Source: Octopus vulgaris (Eukaryota). From it: a DNA stretch of 64,000 bases. Location: the NCBI GenBank assembly GCA_951406725.2, contig OX597828.1, forward strand, positions 7,750,001 through 7,814,000, read 5' to 3'. The notes beneath the pieces are model-generated. The model did not search any database. It worked only from the letters and a program-made list of their open reading frames with translations, and was not told the DNA's origin. The position numbers and the translations under genes were made by a program. Positions 13,592 through 27,605 of this stretch are shown here, in pieces. The number at the start of each line of letters is the position of its first letter. The stretch's first letter is position 1.

Positions 13592-14092
13592 CTATAAGCG
13601 GAACAAAAGAAAGATGCAAGGCTTTTTCCAAGCTCAAAATGTGAAATCGACCTCTGCGGAATTTGAACCATGAACGCATCTAATTTAGGCACAAAGCGAA
13701 GAATTTTGAGGCTAAGGGAGTTTGCCAATGACATTTACTCCAGTAATTATCTCGTACTTTGTTTTATCGAAGGAAGAAGTTTTTAGCCAACCTCGGCGGT
13801 ATTCCAGCTATGCACATAAAGGACCGTACCTAATGCAAAGCGACTGAGTTGATTTTTGTTGGTCACAAAGCGGAACGACGCATAAAATGCAAGCATCTTA
13901 CGATCCAATGATGCTTCTCATGCTTCAAAATAGAATGTGTTTTAGTCTTACTAAAGACTTTTCTCTTGGGACTATTCTTGCAGCGAAAGAACTTATCACG
14001 TCCGAACATGTCCGAACGTGTTCATCATGACTCTCTACATGGATACATCAACATATACATACATATATTACATTATTTTATTTTATATCGTA

Positions 14093-14485
14093 CTAGCAGT
14101 ATCGCCCGGCGTTGCTCGGGTTTGTAAGGGAAATAACTATAAAGCATTTTTAGAGAGTTATAGCTAAAAAATAGCAAAAAATGCATTCAAAATGGAAAAA
14201 AAATTATGGTAAATTTTTTTTAAATCGGTGACTCATCGTAGACATTTTTAGAGAGTTACTTCTCTTATATTAAAAAAAATATTCATTAAAATGGAAAAAA
14301 ATGATGGTGAATTATTTTAAAAATCGTAGACTCATCGTAGACGCGCGCTAATACCCAGAAGGGCTTGATATGAATCACGACTATAAGATACCCGGTTTTG
14401 GATAAACTGCACCGCAAAATGTGGGAGTAGTTAGGAATCTAAATCGGAGTAGACAGACACACAACCTTTCTTTTATATATAAAGA
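14093..14485 (-). mobile_element. Non-autonomous Helitron
   Basis: Minus strand starts A|TCTTTATATATAAAAG and ends with GC hairpin cccgagcaacgccggg then CTAG|T; inserted at an AT dinucleotide with no TSD. Confidence 0.9.
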
Positions 14486-14889
14486 TATTATATTATATTA
14501 TATATTATATATATGCACACAATTACCTATGTATGTATCTATCTATTTATATCTTACTATCAGGTTATGATATAATTTCCTTTATTACATTTCCCCTTAT
14601 AATTCACACCTCCTCTATCTCCACAACTCTCTCATCTATCCCCTCCTCTCTCTTTTTCTCTGTTTCTATGTCCGTGTGTATGTGCTTTCTATTCATCTCT
14701 GCATCGTATTTTCGTATTATATTTTCTTTCCATTCTCACGCTGTTCTTTCCTTTCTTCGTCCTTTTTATATATTACCATTATATCCATCTATCAATTTAT
14801 CCTGCTTGTTTCTCTACATCTTCTCATATTTAACTATATTTCACTCTTCCAGCCAAGCTACAAACATACATATACCTACATACACGTAC

Positions 14890-15245
<356 letters not shown>

Positions 15246-15469
15246 TTTCTATTCTCCCCTGAGTTTTACTCGTTACCACCATACTCCTCAATATTCATTT
15301 TTCTCTTTCCTCGTCCTCTTCCTCCTATCTCTCAACCAGAACTGTCATCCACCCAGCCACCCCTGTCCATTGTCTTCTTTAATAATCACGTCTCTTTTTT
15401 TTTTTCGTTTTCCGCCACATACTCACACACAGACACATATATACAAACACACAATTATTAACAATTTAC

Positions 15470-16050
15470 CCCTCCCCACACCCAGCTGAAACTACCACCA
15501 CGACCGCCACTATAACACACCCACATACACACACCACTAAATCACAGGAACCTCACACTATCACCACTTCAGCCACCTTATACTGCCACCACCATTCATC
15601 GGCCCCAACCCCACTATCAACATCTAACCCACATTCGCACCCAACACCACTCTTATTACCACCATCACACTTCATACCTCGATTCATCTCTACCCACTAA
15701 CCATTCACCGCCACAAGCCACCATTCATCACCACCACCACCACTATTTACTAACATTCATCACCACTATCACCACCAGCGCCACCACCACCACCATCGTC
15801 AATAGCAGTACCAGCTTCATCACTACCAGTACCAGCGCCACCACCTCCACCAATACCACCAGCACCACCATCACCCCCACCACCAGCATCACCATTATCT
15901 CCACCAGCGCCACTACCACCATCACCACCACCACCACCACCACCACCGTCAGTAGCAGTACCAGCACCACCACCTCCACCAATACCACCACCAATAGCAT
16001 CACCACCCCCACCCCCACCGACCCACCCCCACCACCACCGACCCACCCAA
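15470..16050. repeat. Degenerate (CAC)n C/A-rich low-complexity tract
   Basis: Cryptic CAC repeats; source of the Gly/Val-rich ORFs. Confidence 0.85.
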
Positions 16051-16982
16051 AAAGCTATCCTTTCCACCTCTGCGCATTGTCTAATCTAAACCACCAATCA
16101 AGGAACGCCATCACCGTAGCCTTGGTTTTAATGTCGATCCTGTTCAGAGATTTGCCGTCAAAATGGCCAACTGACCAGAACCGGAAGCTCTGTCAGTTTA
16201 TAAAGCCACAAACAAAATGAAATGTCAGGCGACGATATTGCTTCTGTCAAAATACTGGCCAAGCTGTCATAGGGTGATAATGTAGAACGAACGCTTACTA
16301 GCTTTGTAAGTGGATCAAAGAGAAAGCGAAGGCGGTGTGGAGTCAGTGGTTGTTGTTGTTGTTGCTGTTGTAGTTGTAGTCATTATTATTGTTGTTGTTG
16401 TTGTTGTTGTTGTGGTGGTGGTGGTGTTGATGCTGAAGATGTTGGTGGCGGAGAAGGTGGTGGTGGTGGCTGAAGTAGTTGGTTGAGGAGAGAGGTTATG
16501 TTCTGTAGCTGTAGATGAGCAGCGAAGCGGCTAAAAGAAGAATGGAACAGAAGACAAGAGTGAGAGGGAAGGAAAGTGTAAGAGAGAGAGAGAGAAAACG
16601 AGATAAAGACACAGAAAGAGAGAAAATAGATATAGTAATATGAAAATGGTAACAATGTAAAGAGCGGCGAGTTCGAGACACGAAAGGAAATGAAGGCAAA
16701 GAAAGAAGGTGGGAGAGAGATAGAAAGCGAGAGAGAGAATATATGAAGAGATAAGTTTAATCAAATGGCTTTCTTGTCTATCATTTTATGGTGAGAACTC
16801 AATACCTCTGGTAGGGATATATTAATGTTTATACAATAATTATATCAACGTAATGCTTATTTTTGTTTGTGACGAATTAGATGGCAAGCAAAGTTGGTCA
16901 TATCTAGTCTACATATAACTGCCGTTCCATGGAACTTAAGTAGAGCATTTGTATATTTTAACTATTGTGCCATGAGAATGAA

Positions 16983-17013
<31 letters not shown>

Positions 17014-17014
17014 C

Positions 17015-17405
17015 TTCTCAGTCATTCGACTGCGGCCAGGCTGGGGCACCACCTCGAAGAATGTTCAGTCGAAGGAATCAATCCTGGGACTTATTATTTT
17101 TAAAACTTGATTCTTATTCTAATGGTCTCTTTTGCCGAATCATTAAGTTACGGGGATGTGTGTGTGTGTGTGTGTGTATAATTACATAAGTGCAAATATA
17201 TTTGTATACATGTATATGATGATATGATATATGCACAAGCAAATCAACACCGGTTGTCAAGCGGTAGTGGGGAATATCCTCAGACAGAAAGACACACACT
17301 ATGGGCTTCAGTTTCCGTCAACAAAATTTACTTAAAAGGCTATTGTTTGAAGACACTTGCCCAAGGTACCAGCTGGGGGAATGAACTCGGAACTATGTGG
17401 CTGGG
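17015..17405 (-). mobile_element. Diverged SINE family A copy
   Basis: cagtcattcgactgcggcc...gaagacacttgcccaaggt match. Confidence 0.75.
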
Positions 17406-17635
17406 AGGTAATGCATGTCTATATGCAAAAAGATGTATTTGTAAGTATGAATGTGTGTGTGTACGCTCATATACATACAGAAACATCAAATACACATAAA
17501 CACACTCACATACACGATTCACAAACACACGCTGAATCACATATAAATCACTATGTGGAGCTATATTTATATCAGTTGATACACGCAGGCGCAAGTGTGA
17601 GTGGGTAAGAAACTTGCTTTACAATTTCGAGAGTT

Positions 17636-18213
17636 GGCGAGCTGGCAGAAATGTTAGCACGCCGGGCAAAATGCTTAGTGGTATTTCGTCTGCCGCTACG
17701 TTCTGAGTTCAAATTCCGCCGAGGTCGACTTTGCCTTTCATCCTTTCGGGGTCGATTAAATAAGTACCAGTTACGCACTGGGATCGATATTAATCGACTT
17801 AATCCGTTTGTCTGTCCTTGTTTGTCCTCTCTGTGTTTAGCCCCTTGTGGGTAGTAAAGAAATAGATATTTCGTCTGTCTTTACGTTCTGAGGTCGACCT
17901 TGCCTTTCAGGGTCGATAAATTAAGTACCAGTTACGTACTGGAGTCGATCTAATCAACTGGCCCCCTCTCCCAAAATTTCGGGCCTTGTGCCAAAAGTAA
18001 GAAAGAATATTAAGGCGGCGAGCTGGCAGAAACGTTAGCATGCCGGGCGCAATGATTTGCTTTATTTCATCTGTCATTATGTTCTGAGTTCAAATTCCGC
18101 CGAGGTCGACTTTTCGGGGTCAATAAATTGAGTTCCAGCTGCGTACTGGGTCAATCAAATCGACTAGGCCCCCTCCCCGAAAATTTTGGGCCTTGTGCTT
18201 AGTGTAGGAAAGA
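17636..18213 (+). mobile_element. Tandem cluster of SINE family B
   Basis: Three successive family B modules. Confidence 0.9.
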
Positions 18214-18482
18214 ATCACGTAGTTTTGAGTTCAGTATCACTGCGCGGCATCCTGGACAACTGTCTCCTAAAGCCTCGGATCAATCAATTCCATGTGAGTG
18301 AATATAGCAGAGATAAAAACCGTCTGGAAAGCTGTGTATGCTTGTGTGTGTGTGTGTGTGTGTGTGTGCGTGCGGGCGTGTGCTTCGGTTTGTCCTTTTT
18401 CTCAACACTATCAACATGGTGTTGGTTTGTTTACGTCGCCGTCATTAAGGATATTTTAGTCGTATCGACCCAATGTAATTTT

Positions 18483-18631
18483 GTGTGGTAAGAAGCTTGC
18501 TTTCCAACTACATGGTTCCGGGTTCAGTCCCACTGCGTGGCACCTTGGGCAAATGTCTTTTACTATAAGCCCCGGATCAACCAAAGTTTTATGAGTGGAT
18601 TTGGTAGACGGAAACTGAAAGAAGCCCTTTG

Positions 18632-18671
<40 letters not shown>

Positions 18672-18920
18672 AGTATGTGTGCATGTGCGCGCACTTGTGC
18701 TTGTGTATCTGTGTTTGTCCCTCCCTCATCACCTCTTGACAACCGGTTTTGTTGCGTTTACGTCCCAGTAAGTTAGCGGTTCAGCAAAAGATATCGATAG
18801 TATGAGTACCAGACTTGAAGAAAAATGTAATAGGGTCGATTTAGTCGACCAAAATTCTTCAAGGCAGTGCCGCAACATAGCAGCGGTCTGATGACTGGAA
18901 CAAGTAAAAGAATAAAAGAA
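18483..18920 (+). mobile_element. SINE family A
   Basis: Family match from head to tail. Confidence 0.85.
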
Positions 18921-19439
18921 TTGTGTAACAAATATTATATTTTCAGTAAATTTCCCATGAGTCCAGGCATTTACTTCTTAACCTTTTTAGTCAATTGACG
19001 CACCTCAAATGACCGTTACCCTTATTGAAATTACGAACTATTGATGGTACATTCTCATTTGTTGGGCAACTCATTGAATGCAGCTGTCAAATCAATAATG
19101 TTGCCGCGTATCAGTCTAAGAAATCGATATTATTCTGGCTTCTGTATGCAGTAAAATCGAATGCTCTTTGATCCACAATTAATTTCTAGGTAAATTATAT
19201 ATTCTTTCACTTAGCACAGTGTTACTGTTTAACCGAAGTGATAGGATCTTGTTGGGGCCCAGTAAACTAAAAGACCAGTGTTTCAAATCATATTAACAAG
19301 GTAGCGCTGCGTTCGTTGAAACGACTCTGCTTATCTTTCAGCAGTTCACTGCTTACAGGTGTATTTACATAGTACTCGATCCGTCGGGAGTAGGAGACAA
19401 TTTCCCCCTAAAGTGCAGTACCACCACAAAATAAATGAT

Positions 19440-19660
19440 AACATTATATCATCATTGTTCGACCGCGGTTGAGACAATGGAATTTACTATGCTACGCCAG
19501 ACTTCACGGTCCATCATAGCATTACGGAGGTCCTGTTGCTGGATGCCTGTATTCCTGGAGATTACATCAGGGTAGGAGAGTGTGCGCCCTCTGGTATCGC
19601 GACTAGATGGCCCCCAGAGTAGAAATTGCCTCGTTTTCAGCTCTACAGCAATGTCCAGCA
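19440..19660 (-). pseudogene. RTE-clade LINE 3' end
   Basis: LLWGP...RGRTLSYPDVISRNTG...DLRNAMMDREVWRSIV resembles the RTE C-terminus (GRP...D..DR..WR); short ATG-type repeat tail. Confidence 0.7.
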
Positions 19661-19784
19661 AACATTATATAATGCAGTCCATGATGAATTATATGAATTA
19701 TCTGAAAATAAGATTGGATGGGTATGGCCTGAACGTGGGGCAAAATAATAACAACATGAAGGCATGATTATTTAGGTAAGCAAG

Positions 19785-19995
19785 ACGGCTACCTGGTAGA
19801 ATTGTTAGCACGCCGAACAAAATGCCTAGTGTCATTTCATCCGTCTTCACATTCAGAGTTCGAATTCCACAGAGGTCGGTTTTGACGTTCATCCTTTTAG
19901 AGTCGATGAAATACGCACCAGGAAAGCACAAGGGTCGAAGTAATTGATTGAATCCTGACCCACAAATTTTCAGGCCTTGTACCAATAGCAGAAAG
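19785..19995 (+). mobile_element. Diverged SINE family B
   Basis: gttagcacgccg...agagttcgaattcc...catcctttt match. Confidence 0.7.
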
Positions 19996-20231
19996 CGTTA
20001 TTATTCAGTGGCATTCAAAATAATGCTTCTTCCTGCCTTTCTATATCTCCCACATCCTTCACCGTCTCCCCTCTCCCTCTTTTGATGCGTCTGCCTCGCC
20101 CTCTGTCGGTCCTTTTCTTCTAACAGATCCGTTTTTATGTTCCTTTTCCTCTCTGTTTTTCTCTCCGTGTGTTCCTCTCTTCACCTGCACCTGTCTATGT
20201 TTCTCTCCCTCTCTCGCCTTCTCTCCCTCCC

Positions 20232-20236
<5 letters not shown>

Positions 20237-20290
<54 letters not shown>

Positions 20291-20408
20291 CTGTTGCAGA
20301 CTCATTGTCTATCACTCAGTCTCTGCCTGTCTCTTACATTCTCTCTATTTCGCTTCATCTCGAGCTTTCCTATTTCTGTCGAGTCATATTCCTCTCACTC
20401 ATCTCCTC

Positions 20409-20502
<94 letters not shown>

Positions 20503-20504
20503 GT

Positions 20505-20595
<91 letters not shown>

Positions 20596-20599
20596 CATG

Positions 20600-20646
<47 letters not shown>
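20237..20646. repeat. Compound (CT)n/(TA)n/(CA)n microsatellite
   Basis: Direct reading. Confidence 0.9.
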
Positions 20647-21756
20647 CAAGATATATATGATATATATGCTATATAACACTTTGAATCTCATTTCAGTTTG
20701 ACGATCCAAAAATAATGAAATGGACTCACAATGGCAGCATTTTGTTAGAGTCACATTGACTAATTAGTCAATTTACGCATAATTAATTATTCATCTTATT
20801 TATTCTATTTCTATTTATTAGTCTTACTGATAACTAATTAGTAATACAGATAAGGAAAGAAGGTAATAAAGAACTGAATAATTAATAGTGCCTGTGTTAA
20901 CTAATTGGCAGATAAGACCATATCTGTACCAACACAGGTTTTGAGGTCAAATTCTGACCTTCATTTCTTTCTTTCTCAAGGTTCTAATGGTTGCTTTCCT
21001 TTCAATGTTTTATTGCTTTTGGTCTCACTGGAGGGTTGTGTCCATACTTTGTTGATTTGCTCTCCAGAAAAATGAAAGGCAGTGTAATCTTGACACGGAT
21101 TTCAGCGGAATATGTAAAGAAACATAACCGAATATTTCAACACATTTTGCCCATTACTCGAACAAAGAGATCTACAACACCTACATTTAATTTTGAGCTG
21201 TTGTGAATTGACACTGGTAGTTGAAATATGGCAGGAAAGAAGATTTTACATGTCCTTATGTCTAACATTCCGGAGAGGAATTAATTACATGAGTATGCTG
21301 GGACGTGAAGCCACGTTGCGTAGTGGTTAGGGTTTTGTACACAGGATCGTAAGGACGGGGTGTAAATTGCCCCAGTCTATTCAGCTGCAAATGAATTCCA
21401 GCAATATCTGGGAAGTTAGCCATGCAGCGGAACGACGTCCCGTTCATGTGAGAAGTAACGTAATCTCAGTTCTACGTCTTGAAAACAGAATTAAGTTACA
21501 TCCTTATGAGTCTTAGAGCTTATAGGTGTTTGAACAGTGGAAAGACAACGAAGGAAATAATATCCTACTATATTCGGCATCGCTATTTCTTTTGTGGAAC
21601 GGCATCGATCTGATCGAATGTTTTAATGGTACTTTATTTGAGTGATCTGAGAAGGATGAACAAGAATGCTCGTCTTCAGAATGTTTTATGTAAACAACGT
21701 CCAGCAATTTCTCAGCCGCACCACTGATTGTGCCAGCTATAACCCTGGCTATAGTG

Positions 21757-22082
21757 CAGTGTTTCATAAGCTATTTTCACCAGGCCTCACTATAACTTTC
21801 CAGAAAAATGTTTGCCCCACCGATGGTTGGGAAAAAGCAACTTTATTTTTAATATTTCATAATTATATACTTTTCTTAAAGAAATATCCACTCTAGGGCA
21901 TTAGAACCGCGCTATACTGTAACAAACAGTCTTCATACAGTATGTTTGGTTGGAGGAATTGGTTTGGCTGGGTTGAGTATAGGCATGGTATGTTTGCTGT
22001 AAAGAAAAATCTTCACAATTCCATGCCCCATTAGAAAAAATAAAAGAAAGAAAAAATGTGTATCCCACTTCACGAATCACTG
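21757..22082. mobile_element. hAT (Charlie-like) MITE
   Basis: CAGTG...CACTG termini; imperfect 8-bp TSD ctatagtg/ctttagag. Confidence 0.6.
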
Positions 22083-22621
22083 CTTTAGAGTAAGACTAGT
22101 TTTAAAATTAAGCACGAGGCCATGAATTCAGAATATAATTTATTACGAAGACAGGCACTGAAATGGTATTTATTTAGTCGATTCCGAAAGGGTGAAAAAC
22201 AAAGTCGGTCTCAGTGAGATTTGAATTCAGAAGGTAAAAGACAAGCAAGTAAATACTCCGAGGTATTTTATCCGACGCTCCAACGACTCTGCCAACATAC
22301 AGCTATTTTATTCAATAATTTAAACTGTCTACCACTTCTCCACCCTTCAGCCTTGGTAAAGTATTGATTTTTACTTTGGTCAGCTTTGGAAGAACCAAAC
22401 CTAGAGTCCACGCTAGTAATATTTAAAATGACAATGTACCGAGATGCTATTAAATACTGATGAAAATTAAGTACTGCTATCCCGCAATCCTTACAAATTC
22501 AGGATCCATAAGATAAGGAGAACAATAACTTCAACAGCATCACGTTATGAGAAAAGCCATGAGAGTCTAATTTAAAGAAATCAAAATGATTATTATAAAA
22601 ATTATATATATATATATATAT

Positions 22622-22672
<51 letters not shown>

Positions 22673-22949
22673 GGAAGAGAGAGGGAGGGAGAAAGGGAGA
22701 GAGAGAAAGAGAGAAAATGAGAGCATTAAAATGAATGAATCTTGTCGAAATGCACTGAATCCTATTGGGTGGTTTGGGCTCGGAGAAAATAGCATATAAA
22801 GTAAAGGGGGAAAAACATAAAAAGAAATTGTATTCGCTTGAAGGAGCGACATGAAAATTAACTGCGTTCATTTAAAGAAATGGTTTCCTTTTTAGTCTTT
22901 AAAAAGAAAGATAGCAAGTGACAACAACAACAATAACAGCAACAACAGC

Positions 22950-22988
<39 letters not shown>

Positions 22989-23873
22989 ACTGACGACAGC
23001 AAAAGCAGCAACATCAACAGCAAGAGCTGAATAACGAAAAAACAGAAATTTAAATGGCGAATAAAAATAAGATGGATGTAACAATAAAATATGGGAGGAA
23101 ATGGTAGAAGAAAAAAGGCTTCTAAAGAAAAGCTCGGAAGACAAGGAATATTCTTATTTCCCAACTCCCAGTTTTTCTCCGCTTTCTTTCTCACTACTCA
23201 TCTGTTCTATTCTATATCCTACATATATCTATTTATCTTACACATGTCGTTCTTAACATTTTTTTTCTTATTGTCATGACACACCTGTTTTTGTTGAAAC
23301 GATGTTTAAAAAAAAATTGGGAATGGACGCCTTGTACAATAATTTTCATAACGACATGTAAGCATATGTTCCGATATCTTTTTACTCGACACAAATACAA
23401 GAAACTTCACAAATCGTCACAATCTTTCTCATGTAAATTTTCTTTTTGACGCTGGATCACGTCATCTCTTACATGATTGCTTCTAACGAGTCTCTCTATC
23501 TCAAAGACGCATGTGTTGCTTTGTTGTTAAAAGATAATCGCAACACGCGTGGGAGTAAGGTGACTTTCTTTCTACGTTAGTAGTACTGATAATTGAAACA
23601 TTACTGGAGAAATGTCCAAAATAATCAAGTTAAGGAAGGATTCTTGTCAATATGCGTTTTATCGTATGGTTAGAAGTGTTTTCTTTCTACGAACAACTTT
23701 GCTATGAAGTCAGGCTAGGTTACAGTAAAACAATGCGTCACGTGCAGCACTTCGAGTAAGATTATTTCTTCAGGAACGACATACTGCTTACCTCAGCATG
23801 CATACATACATACTCCAAGCACTCACAAGGTCATCGCTACGCATGGAATGTGTGAGCATGTTTGTAAGTATGG

Positions 23874-23915
<42 letters not shown>

Positions 23916-23988
23916 ACGCGTATATGTATGTATACCTGAGTGTGCATGTGTCTGTCTTGTGTTTGTAACTATAAGTGGGCGTACATAG

Positions 23989-24042
<54 letters not shown>

Positions 24043-24286
24043 TTACACACACACACACAAACATCTGTATTTATAAACATTATTGAACACACATACACAA
24101 GACGTGTTTTGTCAGGTTTTGGGCAGGCTGCTCTTGTGGGCGTAAGAGAATATATGAATATATTCTCATGAATTCGCCTGGTGCTAAAACACTTGAAGGA
24201 CATATATATATACTTATGTGTGTGTGTGTGTCTAGTGAGAGAGGGGGGAGAGGGAAAGTGAGAGCGAGTGAGTGAGAGAAAGTGAG

Positions 24287-24320
<34 letters not shown>

Positions 24321-24384
24321 GTAAACATACATATATATATACGCATACTTATAGATATGTATATACATATATGTAAATCTAAGT

Positions 24385-24488
24385 TTTTTTTCTTCTTCTT
24401 CTTCTCTTCTTCTTCTTCTTCTTCTCCTTCTTCTTCTCCTTCTTCTTCTTCTTCTTCTTCTTCTTCTTCTTCTTCTTCCATTTCTTCT
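24385..24488. repeat. (CTT)n microsatellite
   Basis: Direct reading. Confidence 0.9.
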
Positions 24489-25034
24489 AAAGAATCAATT
24501 GTAACTGCTCATTGAAGATGTGCTAAACTCTTTCTTCGTCTTCGTATTTGAATAATATACGTATGCGTATGTGTGTGAGTATGTATGTATGTGTGTATGT
24601 ATGTGTGTGTTTATATTTCATTATACTAGGAAGACATACGAACTATATAACGAGACATTCAACAAAACATCTACCAGTAGACTCAACCAACGAGATTCAA
24701 ACAATGTTTTACTTCAATTCAAACTTTCCGCGAGAGCGCAGAAAAAAAGAGCGTTTTTATGAACCCTTTTCCGTTCTGACTCGACCAATAGTCGGGTCAG
24801 TACAAAATTCGTAATGAGAAGCGAAACGAATAACTGTTTGATCTTAAATTGAAACAATGGATATTACACTCAACGGAATGAAATACGTATATGTGTAAAT
24901 TTATATAAATATATATATATCTCAAATATGTATGTATATTATTGTCTCGTATAGATAAAAGTTAATGATTAAGATGTTCAGAATACGCTACGTCGAGTGA
25001 TACGAACTGATAAATATTTTAATTCTGTTTCATT

Positions 25035-25467
25035 TGACACCGCTAGAAAAAAATCCCATTTTCCGTAGCGGTGTCGTATGAAATTGTCACCCATAATTAT
25101 AACCCTAGTATCGATCTATTGCATTTCAATCTGTTTTAGGGTTAGGGTTACGGGTGGGGTTAGGGTTAGGAGTGGGGGAAGGGTATCTTTTTTCTTCGCA
25201 AATGTAAATAAACCCAATCTGTTTCTTAAACGAGGGACGTATTCATACAGCACGGAATGTTTTCACCACAAATGGACTCCAGCGATTGGTTAAAATTGCC
25301 GAAATGCTCGAAATTAAAGTGGAAATATTTTACAAAGTATAGAATTTTCTCAATAAAGCCAAGAAAAAATGATGTTTTATAAACACATTCTACCAGTATA
25401 CGAAGTTTAAAAGTGTTTAGTTAACTAGAAATTGTGTTGACATGTGCCGTTCAAAAGGAAAAGATCC
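25035..25467 (-). mobile_element. Merlin-like MITE, third copy with one rearranged end
   Basis: Reverse match to 3646-4068; right end aaaagatcc intact; gtttcatt on both flanks. Confidence 0.8.
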
Positions 25468-25494
25468 GTTTCATTTAATATTTTAAGCTATTAG

Positions 25495-25740
25495 ATTATC
25501 GACCACACATACGCTACCTGTTTGCCGCTAGGCTGCGACTTAGCGTCATGGGGATGGTTTCCTCAAAGCTCTGTGTGTTAAAACACGTGAAAATCATAGA
25601 CAGGCGAGATAACTCACCCCAATTCCTCAAATCCCATTCAGGAGTGATGAACCTCGATGTTTCCCCGTTTTCGTGGTTTATCAACATCATGTACCTGAAC
25701 AATCGCTTCTGAATGGGATTGCGTAAGTGTGGTCGATAAT
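25495..25740. repeat. Foldback element with a structured internal segment
   Basis: attatcgaccacacatacgc / gcgtaagtgtggtcgataat and aatcccattcaggagtgat / atcgcttctgaatgggatt are complementary. Confidence 0.75.
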
Positions 25741-25784
25741 GTCTACAACACTAGTGCTGTTTCTTACTCATAATTGGAGCTATT

Positions 25785-26244
25785 CTTTTATTCTTTTACT
25801 TGTTTCAGTCATTTGACTGTGGCCATGCTGGAGCACTACCTTAAGGGGTTTAAGTCGAACAAATCGAACCCAAGCCTTATTCTTTGCCAGCCTAGTACTT
25901 ATTCTATCGGTCTCTTTGGTCAGCTGAGGCTATAAGTCTGTAATAGAAGACACTTAACCAAAACGTAAACACATCAACATCGGTTGTCAAGCGATATTGG
26001 AAGGGACAAACAAAGACACAAAAATACACACACACGCATATATATGTATATATATATATATACACACACACACACGACTGGCTTCTTTCAGCCTCCGTCT
26101 ACAGGTCTACTCACAAGGCTTTGGTCGGCCCGAGGCTATAGTAGAAGACACTTGCCCAAGGTGCCCAAGTGCCACGAAGTGGGACTGAACCCGGAACCAT
26201 GTGGTTGGGAAAGAGGCTTCTTACGACACGGTCACGCCTGCGCC
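25785..26244 (-). mobile_element. SINE family A
   Basis: Family match. Confidence 0.85.
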
Positions 26245-26448
26245 TAAATATTTTACTTTCAAAAACTACGATTCATTTCATTATTTTGTATTAGCACCAA
26301 GAATTCTGATAAAAAGGCAAATTAAAAATATTGTATGTATGCCATATGTCCTGATATTTCTAACTGTGGTAAACGAATACTTTCAAAGTATACGTGCCAT
26401 GTAGCCCGCTCCATGATTGTCATGCAGCTTGCTACATGATTGTTGTAT

Positions 26449-27049
26449 AGGCGTAGGAGTGGCTGTGTGGTAAGTATCTTGCTTACGAAACATATGGTTC
26501 CGGGTTCTGTCCCACTGCGTGGCACCTTGGGCAAGTGTCTTCTACTATAGCCTCGGGCCGACCAAAGCCTTGTGAGTGGATTTGGTAGATGGAAACTGAA
26601 AGAAGCCCGTCGTATATATGTATATATATATATGCATATGTATATATATAATGTATATATGTATGTGTGTGTGTATATGTTTTTTGTGTCTGTGTTTGTA
26701 CCCCCAATATCGCTTGACAACCGACGCTGGTGTGTTTACGCCCCCCGTAACTTAGCGGTTCGGCAAAAGGGAACGATAGAATAAGTACTAGGCTTACAAA
26801 GAATAAGTCCTGGGGTATATGCGTATGTATATGTTTGTGTGTCTGTGTTTGTCCCCCTCACCAACATCACTTAACAACCGATGCTGGTATGTTTACGTCG
26901 CCGTAAGTTAGCAGCTTGGCAAAGGAGCCCGATAGAATGAGTACAAGGCTTACAAAAAGTAATTCTTCGAGTCGATTTGTTCGACCAAAGACGGTGCTCC
27001 AGCATGACCGCAGTCAAGATGACTGAATCAAATAAAAGAATAAAAGAAT
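26449..27049 (+). mobile_element. SINE family A with duplicated 3' module
   Basis: Head at 26449; tail module occurs twice (~26690-26815 and ~26840-27049). Confidence 0.9.
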
Positions 27050-27072
27050 ATTTTCATATAGATGTTTATACT

Positions 27073-27154
27073 GGTAGCGTGGCCGAGCGGTCTAAGGCGC
27101 TGGTTTAAGGCACCAGTCTCTTCGGAGGCGTGGGTTCGAATCCCACCGCTGCCA
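27073..27154 (+). tRNA. tRNA-Leu-AAG: tRNA-Leu(AAG), intronless, 82 nt
   Basis: GGTAGCGTGGCCGAGCGGTCTAAGGCGCTGGTTTAAGGCACCAGTCTCTTCGGAGGCGTGGGTTCGAATCCCACCGCTGCCA: complete cloverleaf, long variable arm, A/B boxes, anticodon loop TT-AAG-GC. Confidence 0.97.
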
Positions 27155-27160
27155 GCAAGA

Positions 27161-27166
27161 TTTTTT
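27161..27166 (+). terminator. Pol III oligo-T terminator
   Basis: T6 six nt after the tRNA 3' end, followed by another T-run. Confidence 0.8.
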
Positions 27167-27178
27167 CTCTTTTTTATA

Positions 27179-27605
27179 GGTGTAGGAATTGCTGTGTGGT
27201 AAGTAGCTTGCTTACCAACCACATGGTTCCGGGTTCATCTCCACTGCGCAAGTGTCTTCTACTATAGCCTTTTGTCGACCAAAGTCTTGCGTTAGCACGC
27301 CGGGCGAAATGCTTAGCAGTATTTCGTCTGTCTTTACGTCCTGAGTTCAAATTCCGCCAAGGTCGACTTTGCCTTTCATCCTTTCGGGGTCGATAAATTA
27401 AGTACCAGTTACGCACTGGGGTCGATGTAATCGACATAATCCCTTTGTCTGTCCTTGTGTCCCCCCTCTATTTTTAGACTTTTGTGGGCAATGAAGAAAT
27501 AGGAAACTGAAAGAAGCTTGCCGTATGTATGTATATATATATATGTGTGTGTGTGTGTGTATGTATGTGTATATGTTTGTCTGTGTTTGTCCCCCCAACA
27601 TCGCC
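27179..27605 (+). mobile_element. Chimeric SINE A with a family B body inserted
   Basis: A head to ~27289, B body ~27290-27502, then A resumes (gaaactgaaagaagc). Confidence 0.8.

Noticed and set aside
15743-16067. Gly-rich or Val-rich ORFs as a structural protein exon
   Set aside because: Degenerate CAC repeat that is open in several frames; no unique coding signal
20750-20930. Cluster of short AT-rich palindromes
   Set aside because: Short, very AT-rich stems expected by chance; no core motif
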